Source of the DNA: an uncultured Acidimicrobiales bacterium
GTDB lineage: Bacteria; Actinomycetota; Acidimicrobiia; Acidimicrobiales; VFJN01
DNA length: 64,000 bases
Direction: 5' to 3'
NCBI GenBank assembly: GCA_963735375.1
Contig: CAVTKS010000002.1
Coordinates: 68,569-132,568, forward strand
A program made the position numbers and the translations under genes. The notes under the pieces were generated by a model. The model did no database searches. It worked only from the letters and a program-made list of their open reading frames with translations, and had not been told where the DNA came from. This document shows, in pieces, positions 19,464-29,084 of the stretch (position 1 is the stretch's first letter; every line of letters begins with the position of its first letter).

Positions 19464-20348
19464 TCATTCGTCGAACACCCTCTGCTCCTCGGGGAGCGCC
19501 AGCAGCCTCCCGGCCCACACCCAGCACGCCACCACCGCGCCGATCCCCACGACGACCATCATCTGGCCCCAAGGCGTGGCGTACGCTGCCCGCCCGTTGC
19601 CGATGGTCATGCCCACGAGCGCCATGCCGAGGGGCACCAGCAGGACGAACCGTCGTGCGAAACGCACGCCGGCCTGCTTGGAACGGGCGTCCTTGCGCCC
19701 CTGCACGTCGATGACACGGTCGTCGATCAGCGCTTCGAGGCGGCGGTCGAGGTCGGACCCGCCCACCTCGTGGGCGACCAGCAGGGTCTCGCAGGCCGCG
19801 TCGGCGGTGGGGTCGGCGAGGCCGGCCTTGAGCACACTGACCGTCCGCCCGAAGTCGGTCGACAGCAACCACTCCCGCTGAGCGGCGACGAACGCGGGGC
19901 GCAGGCTCTCCGGTGCGCGCCGGCCGGCCTCGAACAGGGCCTGGGGCACCGACCGGCCGAGTGACGAGGTCAGGATGCGGATCTCCTCGATGATCCGGGG
20001 CCACGACTCCTGCGCCGCCGTCCGGCGCTGCGCACGGCGTACCCGGTACGAGGCCAGGGGCGTGGCGCCGATGCACACGCCGAGCGCCACGGCCGGAAGC
20101 GGCCCGCCGAACAGCGCCAGCCCCGCCACCGCGCCTGCCACCACCAGGCCCGCCGTGACGACGCCGAACTGCCGCACGTCGACGTCGCCGATCCCGGCCT
20201 GCACCAGCCAGTCCGACGGGCCCGGCCCGCGACGAGCCGCGCGTGTCGGGGCCGGACCGAGCCCTGTCCCCCGCCACCCGAGCGCCAGCGCGGTGTACAG
20301 GTAGTAGGCGCCGGCCGAGGCGCTCAGCGCCAGGAGGAGCCCGGTCAT
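19464..20348 (-). CDS. tadB: Type II secretion system F family protein (TadB-like)
   Basis: ATG 20348 overlaps the tadA stop (ATGA). 294 aa (MTGLLLALSASAGAYYLY..) with T2SS-F topology. The track ORF 19464..21377 is real only from 20348. Confidence 0.75.
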   Translation of the reverse strand: MTGLLLALSASAGAYYLYTALALGWRGTGLGPAPTRAARRGPGPSDWLVQAGIGDVDVRQFGVVTAGLVVAGAVAGLALFGGPLPAVALGVCIGATPLASYRVRRAQRRTAAQESWPRIIEEIRILTSSLGRSVPQALFEAGRRAPESLRPAFVAAQREWLLSTDFGRTVSVLKAGLADPTADAACETLLVAHEVGGSDLDRRLEALIDDRVIDVQGRKDARSKQAGVRFARRFVLLVPLGMALVGMTIGNGRAAYATPWGQMMVVVGIGAVVACWVWAGRLLALPEEQRVFDE

Positions 20349-21643
20349 CGGTAGGCACCACGGGGCTCGAGGAGGCCCCGGATGTCGTGGCCCGCGTCGG
20401 CCAGCGGCCGGACCGCCCTCGCCGGCACGTCGCCGGTCCACGCCAGCGGCTGGTCGGGGCCCGGCCGCCGGAACACCTCGGTCACGGTGAAGTGGGTCGC
20501 GTCGGCGCCTCCGGCCAGGTCCTCGACCATGGCCACCTCCGTGACCCGCGGGCCCGTCGGCGTGCGGGCGCAGTGGACCACGACATCGACGCTCTCGCTG
20601 ACCAGAGAGTTGAGCGCGGCGAGCGGGAGTCCGCCCGAGGTGTCGGCGAGCTGGCAGATGAACCGCAACCGCGTCAGCGCCTGACGGGCCGACCCGGCAT
20701 GGATGGTCGTGTACCCGGTCACGCCGGACGACAGCGTGAGCAGCAGCGGAAGCGCCTCGCGGTCGCGCACCTCGCCGACCACGGCGACGTCGGGGGCCAT
20801 GCGCAGGAACCCGGCGACCAGTCGCCGCAGGTCGACCGCGGGACGGTCGGACCGGGCCGCCCGGGTCTGCATCTGCGCCACGTTCGGCACCGGCACGTCG
20901 GACTCGAACACCTCCTCGGCGACCACCACCCGCAGGCCGGGGTCCAGCTCCGCGGTCGTGCACGAGAGCAGCGTCGTCTTGCCCGACCCGGGCGGCCCGG
21001 CGAACACGATGGACAGGCGCGCGTGCACGCAGGCCGCGAGGAAGCCGGCGACCTGCCCGGTCAGCATCTCGCGCTCGACCAGCTCGTCGAGCGACCGGAA
21101 CGGGATGCCGGTGAACTTGCGGATGTTGACCAGCACGTGGCCGCCGCGGGCGATGTCGCCGTGCACGATGTGGACCCGGGCACCGTCGTCGAGCTGGGCG
21201 TCCTGCAGCCCCTCGGCCGGATCGAGGCTGCGGTGAGCGGTCGACGCGTCGTCCAGCAGCTTGGTGAGCGTGCGCATCACGTGGTCGTCGTCGTGAAAGA
21301 CCTCGTCGTGGTAGCCGGACGGCCCGCGGTGCCTGCGCACGAAGATCGCGTCCGGGGCGTTCACCATCACCTCCCACACATCGTCATCGGCCAGCAGCGG
21401 AGTCAGCGGGCCGTAGCGCGCCAGATTGCGGAACGCCCGCTCGACGACCAGCTCGGGATCGGCCAAGGCGAAGGCACGGCGCCCCCGCCTGTGGTCGTCG
21501 TTCCAGCGCGCCACCTCCTCGGCGATGAGCGCCCGCAGCTTGGCGTCACCCCCCGGTGCCCCCATCTCCAGCGAGATGTCCTTGGCCCGCTCCTGCACGG
21601 CCCGCTCGATCTCCGCCAACGGCGACGACGCCGGACCACCCAT
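20345..21643 (-). CDS. tadA: TadA/CpaF-family secretion ATPase
   Basis: Walker A FAGPPGSGKTT. VirB11/CpaF-type motifs (VVGEVRDREA, TTIHAGSA). 432 aa. Confidence 0.88.
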   Translation of the reverse strand: MGGPASSPLAEIERAVQERAKDISLEMGAPGGDAKLRALIAEEVARWNDDHRRGRRAFALADPELVVERAFRNLARYGPLTPLLADDDVWEVMVNAPDAIFVRRHRGPSGYHDEVFHDDDHVMRTLTKLLDDASTAHRSLDPAEGLQDAQLDDGARVHIVHGDIARGGHVLVNIRKFTGIPFRSLDELVEREMLTGQVAGFLAACVHARLSIVFAGPPGSGKTTLLSCTTAELDPGLRVVVAEEVFESDVPVPNVAQMQTRAARSDRPAVDLRRLVAGFLRMAPDVAVVGEVRDREALPLLLTLSSGVTGYTTIHAGSARQALTRLRFICQLADTSGGLPLAALNSLVSESVDVVVHCARTPTGPRVTEVAMVEDLAGGADATHFTVTEVFRRPGPDQPLAWTGDVPARAVRPLADAGHDIRGLLEPRGAYR

Positions 21644-21721
21644 CCCCTGTCCCCATCTCGTTCCCTAGCCCCAGCGATCACCAACGACCACCCAGCGAAT
21701 GTGGCGGCGCACACACCTTAG

Positions 21722-22474
21722 GTGGTCGGACGAGGCCCCCCGGACACACGGGTGCTCATCGAATTGGACATCGGCCGAGTCCAGCCGAGTTCCTGCTGCG
21801 CTCGCGGCGGCGTGCCTGACCGCCGACCAGGTGCCCGTCGCCATCACAGTGGCTACGACGACGATCCGAACTTCGAGGGAGCAATACCCTCCGACTACTA
21901 CGTCGCCGCGTACATCGGCGTCGTCATTGCCGCCATCGGGCTGGTCATGCTGCCCGTGCATCTGGCGTCCTACCGCGAGCGGGGGGTGCTGCGTCGGTTC
22001 GAGGTCAGCCGCTACCCCCGTTGGGCGCTCCCGGCAGCCTGGGTCCTCGTCGCCATGGTCATCACGGTCGTCGCCGTCGCCGTCCTGCTGATCACCGGCC
22101 ACCTGGCGTACGGACTACCAACGCCCGACGACCTCCTCGGCGTCGTCGTGGGCACGGTGCTCGGCGCGCTCGCCTTCATCAGCATCGGCATCGCGCTCGG
22201 CATGGCCCTCCCCAGCGCCCGCTCCGCCCAAGGCCTCGGGATGCTGCTCTTCTTCCCCTTCTTCCTGCTCGGCGGGGCCGGCCCGCCGCCCGACGCCATG
22301 GGCGACCCCATGGGCTCGATCGCGAATGTCGTGCCGCTCACCCACGTGGTGCGGTCCATCCAGGAGCCGTGGCTCGACCTGGGCAGCCCCACCGGCCACC
22401 TCGCCGTGCTGGCCGCCCTGGCCGTGCTGGCCACCTTCGGGTGGCTGACGCTGAGCGCCCGAGCGGCAGAGTGA
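21722..22474 (+). pseudogene. ABC-2 transporter permease remnant (5'-degraded, no ATPase partner)
   Basis: From about 21860 the frame reads DPNFEGAIPSDYYVAAYIGVVIAAIGL..ASYRERGVLRRF.. to the end, like the last ~190 aa of an ABC-2 permease. Fragments resembling the N-terminus (AEFLLRSRRR) lie in another frame and TM1 is missing. No adjacent ATPase gene. Confidence 0.6.
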
Positions 22475-22513
22475 CCTGCCACCGGTTCCCGGACCTCCCC
22501 GTCCCGAGCTGTG

Positions 22514-22845
22514 TCACGCCCTCGGTCCGCCAGGAAGCCCGTCCACCAGGCCCGGCAGCTCCGCCAAGCGGGGGGCGAACAGGTTGTGCAGCGGCTTGAT
22601 GGTGATCTCTGTCTTGCGGTCGATGCCCAGATCCTCCATGGCTGGCAGCATGCGCCGCTGGGCGAACTCCTCGAAACCGTCCTGGCTGTCCCAGATCTCG
22701 ATGACCCGATAACCGAAGTCGGTCTCCGCGGTGATGTGCAGGTAGATGCCGGGCTCCGGTCGCGCTCGACACCCATCCGGTCGAGCACAGCTCGGTATTC
22801 GGAGTTGGGCATGTCGTAAACGTCGATGGTCGTGACGACGGTCAT
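22514..22845 (-). CDS. Small alpha+beta (ABM/EthD-like?) protein, apparent frameshift near 22757-22768
   Basis: MTVVTTIDVYDMPNSEYRAVLDRMGVE in one frame. It continues as PEPGIYLHITAETDFGYRVIEIWDSQDGFEEFAQRRMLPAMEDLGIDRK..GGPRA* in another frame, with stop TGA at 22514-22516. Family call is tentative. Confidence 0.5.
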
Positions 22846-22912
22846 GAACGCTCCTCCTTGGTGAGGTGATGACGGCCGCCCGGGCTCGGGCGGTCGTGGA
22901 TCCGATGGCGGG

Positions 22913-24695
22913 TCAGGGTGGCGTGCCGGCCGCGATCCAGCGTTCGAACGCCTCGATCCTCTCGGGGGGCCACGCGCCGTCGCACGGCATGGTCCCTGCC
23001 GTGAGCTGATCGAGGATGGCGTCGGCGTGCCGGCTCACGTCTTCGTGTGACCAGAGGTCGAAGGCGAAGCGCATCGACTGGCGGTCCTTGGTTCGGAACA
23101 GCGGCTTGATGTGGGCGGTGAAGGTCGGGGTCTCCCCGGCCCCGGGTAGCTGCACCGGTTGCTGGTCGTCGCCGCGCGTCGCGGTCGGTTGCGAGCGCGG
23201 AGGCGCGGGAGCCGGGTGTGGCGTCGCAGACCCACCACCAGCGCGGCACCGGCATGTGCTGTGGGGGTTTCGCTCCGGGCGTGGAGTTCTCGACCGCGAT
23301 GCGGGTGCCCCACTCGATGTAGGACACGAATGCGGCGCGGAACTCGGGGTCGGTCGGGAGGCCCGCCTCGGTGGCGGACTGGATCATCAAGCTGGCCCAG
23401 CGCGCCCGCTGTTCCTCCTTGAGGGCCTTGCCGAGGTGCTGGGAGACCATCCGGTCGTAGCCGCCGTAGGTCTCGGTGTAGCGCGCGGGTCCGCCGAACG
23501 TCTCACCCAGCCAGGCGGCCACGCGGTCGGGATGATCCGGTGACATGTTGGCGAACAGGGGGGCCAGCAGGGGGTCTTCGGGCACGTGCTTCTCGTAGAA
23601 GATGTGGGTCATCCGCAGCAGCGCGGTGAACCCGCCGGCCCACTCGAACAGGGTCGGCTCGTCGCTCAGCGGAGGGTCCTGGAAGTCGACGTACCAGTGC
23701 ATGCCGCTGCAGAACGGCTTGTTCTGCGCGTGCCCGCAGCGACAGAGGCTGTAGTGCTCCAGCGACGCACCGGCGTTGCGGGCCACCGGATTGCGATCGG
23801 CGTTCAGCAGCGGGATCCCTCCGGTGATCCGGTACGGCCCGTCCTTCGAGACCTCGATGGTCTGCTCGCGCTCCTCGTCGATGTGGCCGCGGGCCTCGCG
23901 TTCCTCGACTGCGAGGCCGAGCGCCCCGGACGGGCACGCCTTGACGGCGCGGACGATCTCGTCCATCCGGCCGCCGCTGGGGGCGACGAAGGCGTCGGCC
24001 TCGCGCTGGAAGACGGTCGGCAGCCGGTTTGTGCAGAACCCGGAGTGGGCGCAGGTGCCACGGTTGTCCTGCACGGTGACCTGCAGGCCGACGTAGGTGT
24101 CGAGCCGGTCAGGGACCCGGTCGGGGTCCTTGCCGTCCGTAAACCCGATCTCGGCATGCGTGCCATCGCAGAGGGGCTTTGATCTTGACTGCCCGCAACG
24201 GCACAGGGCCATCTGCGGCATGGTCGGCATGTCGACGCCGAGCCAGCTCCGCAGACGCTCTGGGTTGGTGACGAGATAGGGCCCACCGGCCTCGGTGTGG
24301 ATCGTGCTCGGGAGGGACCTTTGCAGATCCGCGAGGCTCGCCCGGCGCGCCGCTGCGTCGTCGGGAGCCAGCGTGATGGCGAGGTCCTGCAGCCCCGCCA
24401 CCGCCTCGACGACCTCCAGAGGTAGGTCGTCGTGGTGCTCGACCCGCAGCCGGGTCGCTCGACGGGCCAGGGCCAGTGCTCGTTCCGCGGCTGACCCGCC
24501 AGGACCGGCGTCGCCGGCGGGAGCCGGCCGTGGGTCGGTCGGCCGTCCCCCCGACCCCGCCAGGTGCGCCAGTGCGTGGTCGAGCGGCCGGAGCACCGAA
24601 CGACGCAGCTGCTGGCGCGGCTGCTCGTCGGCGAGGTCCTGCTCGAACGCCGCGGCAGCGTGTCGCAGGTCATGGAGCGCGTCCTCGACGGTCAT
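22913..24695 (-). CDS. Multidomain redox protein: helical N-domain - CDGSH - divergent 4Fe-4S - CDGSH-like - truncated globin - conserved C-terminal domain; apparent frameshift about 23160-23225
   Basis: Motifs: CRCGQSRSKPLCDGTH (canonical CDGSH), GTCAHSGFC..CPSGAL (mono-cluster ferredoxin), CRCGHAQNKPFCSGMH, and a trHb-like segment (FEWAGGFTALLRMTHIFYEKHV..MVSQHLGKAL). The last ~80 aa (TFTAHIKPLFRTKDRQSMRFAFDLW..) are in a different frame ending at 22913. GAGGAG RBS before ATG 24695. Confidence 0.7.
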
Positions 24696-24713
24696 GATCG
24701 CTCCTCGGTGATG

Positions 24714-25363
24714 TCAGTAGTGGGGGGTGGGCGGGAATCTCGTGGCCCTGCTGCACGGCCTCGGCGACGGCGCGGGCCTCGGGGAGCCGGTACTCCTCGC
24801 CGTACACCGAGCCCGGTCGGCGGGGGGCCTCCATGACCGCGGCGTCCGCGTTGACCCCAGGTCGACTGCGGCGAACCCGGCGTCCTCGATCAGTGTGGGA
24901 CGATCGCTTGCGGCTGGGAAGTCCCGCAATGAACAGGACGCACGTCGTCGCGCCGGAGCGACGCCTCCGCCTGGAACCCCGAGGTCAGCGTGTTGAAGGC
25001 CCGGACGTAGCGGGCGCCGGGTATGCGCGCCGAGTTGAACTGGGCCACCGTCTGTCCGTTGGGGGGTTTGGCGCCCGTGCCGAACGGGTTCGTGCTGTCG
25101 ACCACGACCATGCCGGCCAGCGGCCCCGCTTCTTTCAGCGCCTGGTCGATGGCGTCCCAGGGCACGGCCAGCACCACGACGTCAGCGTCGGCCACGGCGT
25201 GGGCGGGGGTAGTGGCGCGGACATGGTCGCCGAGCTCGGCAGCGCGGGCGGCGAGCTGGTCGGGGTGCCGCGAGAAGCTGATCAGCACGTCGTGACCGGC
25301 CCGTGACCATGACCGGGCCGCAGTGCCGCCGATGCGGCCAGCTCCGACGATGGCAAGTCGCAC
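24714..25363 (-). pseudogene. NADPH-dependent F420 reductase-like (Npd/NAD(P)-binding) gene with at least 4 frame changes
   Basis: GTG 25363 gives VRLAIVGAGRIGG Rossmann motif ..VVVDSTNPF... Near 24940-24917 the protein-like reading hops frames (LFIAG, then DFPAASDRPTLIEDAGFAAVDLG). It hops again at C-run 24855-24858 (..MEAPRRPGSVYGEEYRLPEARAV..) and at G-run 24722-24727 before the stop at 24714. Confidence 0.6.
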
Positions 25364-25421
25364 AGCTGTCGGTGTAACCCCGCAGGCGACCACCGTCCAA
25401 CATCGATCGGGGCGGCTGGCG

Positions 25422-25436
25422 ACAAGCAGAGCTTGT
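25422..25436. promoter_or_regulatory. 15-bp dyad ACAAGC-AGA-GCTTGT in the npd/lysR divergent spacer (candidate LysR operator)
   Basis: Perfect 6-bp arms with a 3-nt spacer, read directly. Located between divergent starts 25363 (-) and 25463 (+). Confidence 0.3.
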
Positions 25437-25462
25437 GCCGAAGCAGCTATAGGGTCGGGCTC

Positions 25463-26403
25463 GTGCCCCCGGACCTGCGGCAGATGCGCTACGTGGTGGA
25501 GGTGGCAAAGGAGCAGGGCTTCACGCGCGCCGCCGTCAACCTGCACGTCGCGCAGCAGGCCGTGTCGCAGCAGGTCAAGGCGGTCGAGTTGGAGCTCGGG
25601 GTGAGAGCTGTTCGACGCGCACCAACCAGGGCGTCGAGCTGACCGCGGCCGGTGAGACGTTCGTCCAGGAGGCACGGCGAGCGCTCAACGCCGCCGACCG
25701 CGTCGGGCAGCGAGCGCAGGCCGCGGCGCGGGGTGAGGTGGGAACTCTGCGGCTCGCGTACACGCTCGCGACCGTGTACGAGGCGCTGCCGGCGTTGATC
25801 GATGCCCTGGCGGCCGAGCATCCCGAGCTGAAGGTGAGGCCGCGGGAGGTCTTCGCGGAGGACATCGAGCGGCTGCTCGCGGATGAGCGAGTCGATCTCG
25901 CACTGGCGCCACATGTTGGCCCACGAACCGGCCTCGACCAGCACCCTTTCCGGCAGGAGCCGTTCGTGGCCGCCGTGGCGGAGAACCATCCATTGGCCGC
26001 GGAGCCGCACATACCGCTCACCGCGCTGGCGGGCGAGACGATCGAGCTCTGGCCCCACGCCATGGCCCCCGGCTACTACGACGCCGTCGTCGCCGCCTGC
26101 CGTGCTGCCGGGTTCGAGCCGCGGCGCGACGAGCAGGCCGCCGGTTCCACCGTGTGGGGCAACATCGCCCGCGGGCGCGGCGTCGGCCTGGTCGTCGGAT
26201 CGCTCCGTGATCAGCTCCCGCGGGGGGTCACGCTCGTCGCGCTCGCAACGCCAGCGCCGACACTGGCGATAGAGCTCGTCTGGCCGGTCGACCGCACCAC
26301 GCCAGGCGTCCGGCGACTCATCGACGTCGCCGACCGGCTGGCCCAGGACCGCGGCTGGCTCGCGGGCCCGCCCTCCTCGACCGCCTCCGCGCACCGTCGC
26401 TAG
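25463..26403 (+). pseudogene. LysR-family transcriptional regulator, disrupted by two 1-nt insertions (about 25607 and 25617)
   Basis: HTH part (LRQMRYVVEVAKEQGFTRAAVNLHVAQQAVSQQVKAVELELGVR) is in one frame. LFD is in the +1 frame. RTNQGVELTAAGETFVQEARRAL..GTLRLAY.. plus the substrate-binding domain is in the +2 frame to stop 26403. Confidence 0.7.
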
Positions 26404-26693
26404 CGGACGGACTGCCAGGTTCCCGCCGAGGCCAGCGGCGAGCGTCCGGCGTGAGGGGCGGCGCTCACGGCGGTTGAGTCGGTACACACGACCTGACGCG
26501 CGCCGTCCGACCCGGGAAGGAGGGGATCTCCACCCGGCGAAGGAGCGGAGGAAGCGACCGAGGGGTGATGTGTTTGCGGCGTGCGATCTCGATGATGCCC
26601 GTACAGCGCCGGATCAGACGTTTCCGTCCGATGTACCGATCGAGTCAACGGCGCTCGCCCGGTCGGCAGGGCATCACGTGGAGGACATCAGAC

Positions 26694-27017
26694 ATGTCGA
26701 GCGACATTCCTGCACCAGGAGCAGATCCCGAGAGAACGGAGCTGAGGGCAGACGCTCACCGATGGGTCCGCAGGCAGCGGATCCTGTACACGATCCTGGG
26801 GATCTACCTCGTTCTGAGCCTCATGTGGTTCGCCATCGACATGGCCGACGGCACAGAGAACCTGTGGTTCTACTGGCCGATGCTCGGAACGGGCGTCGTG
26901 GTCGCGATCATCTCGGTCGTTCTCGGCGGCGTGGGAGGCCTGTTCGGATCTGACTGGGAGCAGCGGCAGGTCGATCGTTACGTCGAACAGCGTCGCCGCA
27001 GAAACCAGGACGGGTGA
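26694..27017 (+). CDS. 2TM domain-containing small membrane protein
   Basis: GGAGGA RBS 8 nt before ATG 26694. 107 aa with RWVRRQRILYTILGIYLVLSLMWFAI..LWFYWPMLGTGVVVAI, two TM helices. Confidence 0.65.
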   Translation: MSSDIPAPGADPERTELRADAHRWVRRQRILYTILGIYLVLSLMWFAIDMADGTENLWFYWPMLGTGVVVAIISVVLGGVGGLFGSDWEQRQVDRYVEQRRRRNQDG

Positions 27018-27293
27018 GCGGCAGCCCGCAGGCCCGATTCGGCCTTCGAGCACTGGGTCGACGCCGAGGCGCGGCGCCGCTGGTAAGCGCCCGAAGACGG
27101 ATATAGGGCCGGTTCGGTGTGCGGTTCTCCATGTCGACGCGGCCGTTCTGTACGTCCGTAGCCGAGCGTTCTGGCCGTCGACGTCAGGTCGCCGCCGCGA
27201 GCTGCCCGTCCCGACCGACCTCGGGAACGGTCTTCGTCAAGGGCGCGTCACGCCACCAATCAGCGGATCGTGCGAGCGACGTGGCCGACGAGC

Positions 27294-27905
27294 TCAACGA
27301 TTTATCGAGCGCCTGTGCGGTGGAGGTCCTGGTCGGGGGTCGTAGATGGCCAGGCTCCAGCCGAGGCAACCGCCTGTTTCGACGGCGGCGATCAGCAGGT
27401 CGGTGAGTTGACGCCAGGTCAGGCCACCGGGCTCGTCGTCAACCTCGGGCAGCCCTTGGGCTTCGAAGTGGGCCGGGTCGAGGACGTCCAAATCGACATG
27501 GAGCCACCACCGCTCGGCTTCGGCCTGGACGTGCTGCGCCGCGCCCCGCCCAGCCTCGACGGGATCTGCAGCCACGTCGCTGTCGGAACGGAACCAGATG
27601 GCCCGGTCGCGCAGTGACCCGACGTTGAATTGGCGCCTCCACGCCTCGTCGCGTGGCCCGAGCACGGCGAGTGCCTCGGATCGCAGTGCCGGCAGCCGAT
27701 GCTTGAGCGGACCCGATAGGAGCCGTCCGGTGAGTCCGAGCAACAATCCGAGTTCGGCGTTGGCGGCCTCGCCGTCCTCGGACACATCCAATGGCATGGT
27801 GTCCTCGTGGCCGTCGACGAATACGAGTCCGACATCGCCGAGACGGTCCCGCAGGCCGCTGACCGTGCCCAGCAGCGTCGAGCAATCAGCTCCGTAGACG
27901 CCCCG
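27294..27905 (-). pseudogene. Arginase/agmatinase/formiminoglutamase-family remnant lacking its N-terminal third
   Basis: Reads from the GADCS(TLLG) motif through VFVDGHEDT, LHVDLDVLDP and GWSLAIYDP. No protein-like N-terminal region upstream, where the VOC gene occupies the opposite strand from 27941. The C-terminus may also be shifted at C5 run 27333-27337. Confidence 0.55.
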
Positions 27906-27940
27906 AGTCCGCAGCCGCCGGCTGGGACGGAGGAACCGAG

Positions 27941-28405
27941 ATGAGTGACACACCAGGCCGGTCAGGCGACGGGGTGCTCGCCGGAGCCGACGTCGCTGCC
28001 AGGCTGCCAGCGCAGGACCTCGAACGAGCTCGGCGGTTCTACGCCGACAAGCTCGGCCTGCAGCCGGTCGAGGAGCGCGAGGGAGGCCTGCGCTACCGCT
28101 GCAGCTCGACCGTCTTCTCGTTGTTCGCCTCGGCCGGCGACCCATCGGGCCAGCACACGCAGATGGCCTGGGAGGTCGACGACATCGAGGCAGCGGTGGC
28201 CGAGCTCCGAGCCCGGGGGGTGGTGTTCGAGGACTACGACCTGCCCGGTCTGAGGACCGTCGACGGCATCGCCAAAATCGCCGGCACCTACCCATCCGAC
28301 GGTGGAATCGGCGAGAGGGCCGCCTGGTTCCACGACAGCGAGGGAAACCTTCTTGCGCTCAGCCAACCCATCCGGTCCCCGGCGAAGACTCTCCGGGCCC
28401 GGTGA
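27941..28405 (+). CDS. VOC (glyoxalase/bleomycin-resistance) family protein
   Basis: GGAGGA RBS before the ATG. 154 aa with RFYADKLGL..FHDSEGNLLAL pattern. Confidence 0.75.
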   Translation: MSDTPGRSGDGVLAGADVAARLPAQDLERARRFYADKLGLQPVEEREGGLRYRCSSTVFSLFASAGDPSGQHTQMAWEVDDIEAAVAELRARGVVFEDYDLPGLRTVDGIAKIAGTYPSDGGIGERAAWFHDSEGNLLALSQPIRSPAKTLRAR

Positions 28406-28420
28406 CCAGGAGCGCGTCTC

Positions 28421-29062
28421 ATGAGCGATCCCACCGACGACACGGCCGTGGTAGTGGTGAGGCGGGGGCAACAGCGTGCGGCGGCGGCGCCCATAGCGGC
28501 AGGGCACGCGGACTACCCGTCGTTCCGGTTCGTGTTCCCCGACCCACGACGTCGAGCCAAGGTGCTGCCGGTGTTCTTCGAAGCCACGGTGCGCGACGCC
28601 ATTCCCTACGGCGCGGTGCTGGCAGCCACCCACGGAGATCGGGCCGACGCCACCGCCGTCTGGTGGCCGCCCGGCGGCTTTCCGTGGACGCTGTGGCGCA
28701 AGGTCCGGGCCGCGCCTTCCCTTGCGCGGGTCATGGTCGCGGCACCCCGGTCGTTTCCCATGTTCATGCGCTATGGCGCCAACATCGAGGCAACCCACCA
28801 CGACGAGCGGCACTGGTACCTGGTCGTGCTCTCGGTACGGCCCGAATGTCAACGGCGCGGACTCGGATCAGCTCTTGTCGAGCCGATCCTCGATCGCGCC
28901 GACCGCGACGCCCTGCCCTGCCGGCTCGAGACCTCCGATCCCGCCAACGTGGCGTTCTACCAACGGTTCGGCTTCGAGGTCATCGACCCCGCACTCCCGG
29001 CGATTCCCGGCGGTCCCACGCTGACCACCATGCGACGACCGCAAACGGAGCACCGCACATGA
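28421..29062 (+). CDS. GNAT family N-acetyltransferase
   Basis: 213 aa. Acetyl-CoA binding motif VRPECQRRGLGSAL and C-terminal YQRFGFEV. Confidence 0.75.
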   Translation: MSDPTDDTAVVVVRRGQQRAAAAPIAAGHADYPSFRFVFPDPRRRAKVLPVFFEATVRDAIPYGAVLAATHGDRADATAVWWPPGGFPWTLWRKVRAAPSLARVMVAAPRSFPMFMRYGANIEATHHDERHWYLVVLSVRPECQRRGLGSALVEPILDRADRDALPCRLETSDPANVAFYQRFGFEVIDPALPAIPGGPTLTTMRRPQTEHRT

Positions 29063-29084
29063 CCGGGCCACAAGGAGGACCGTG

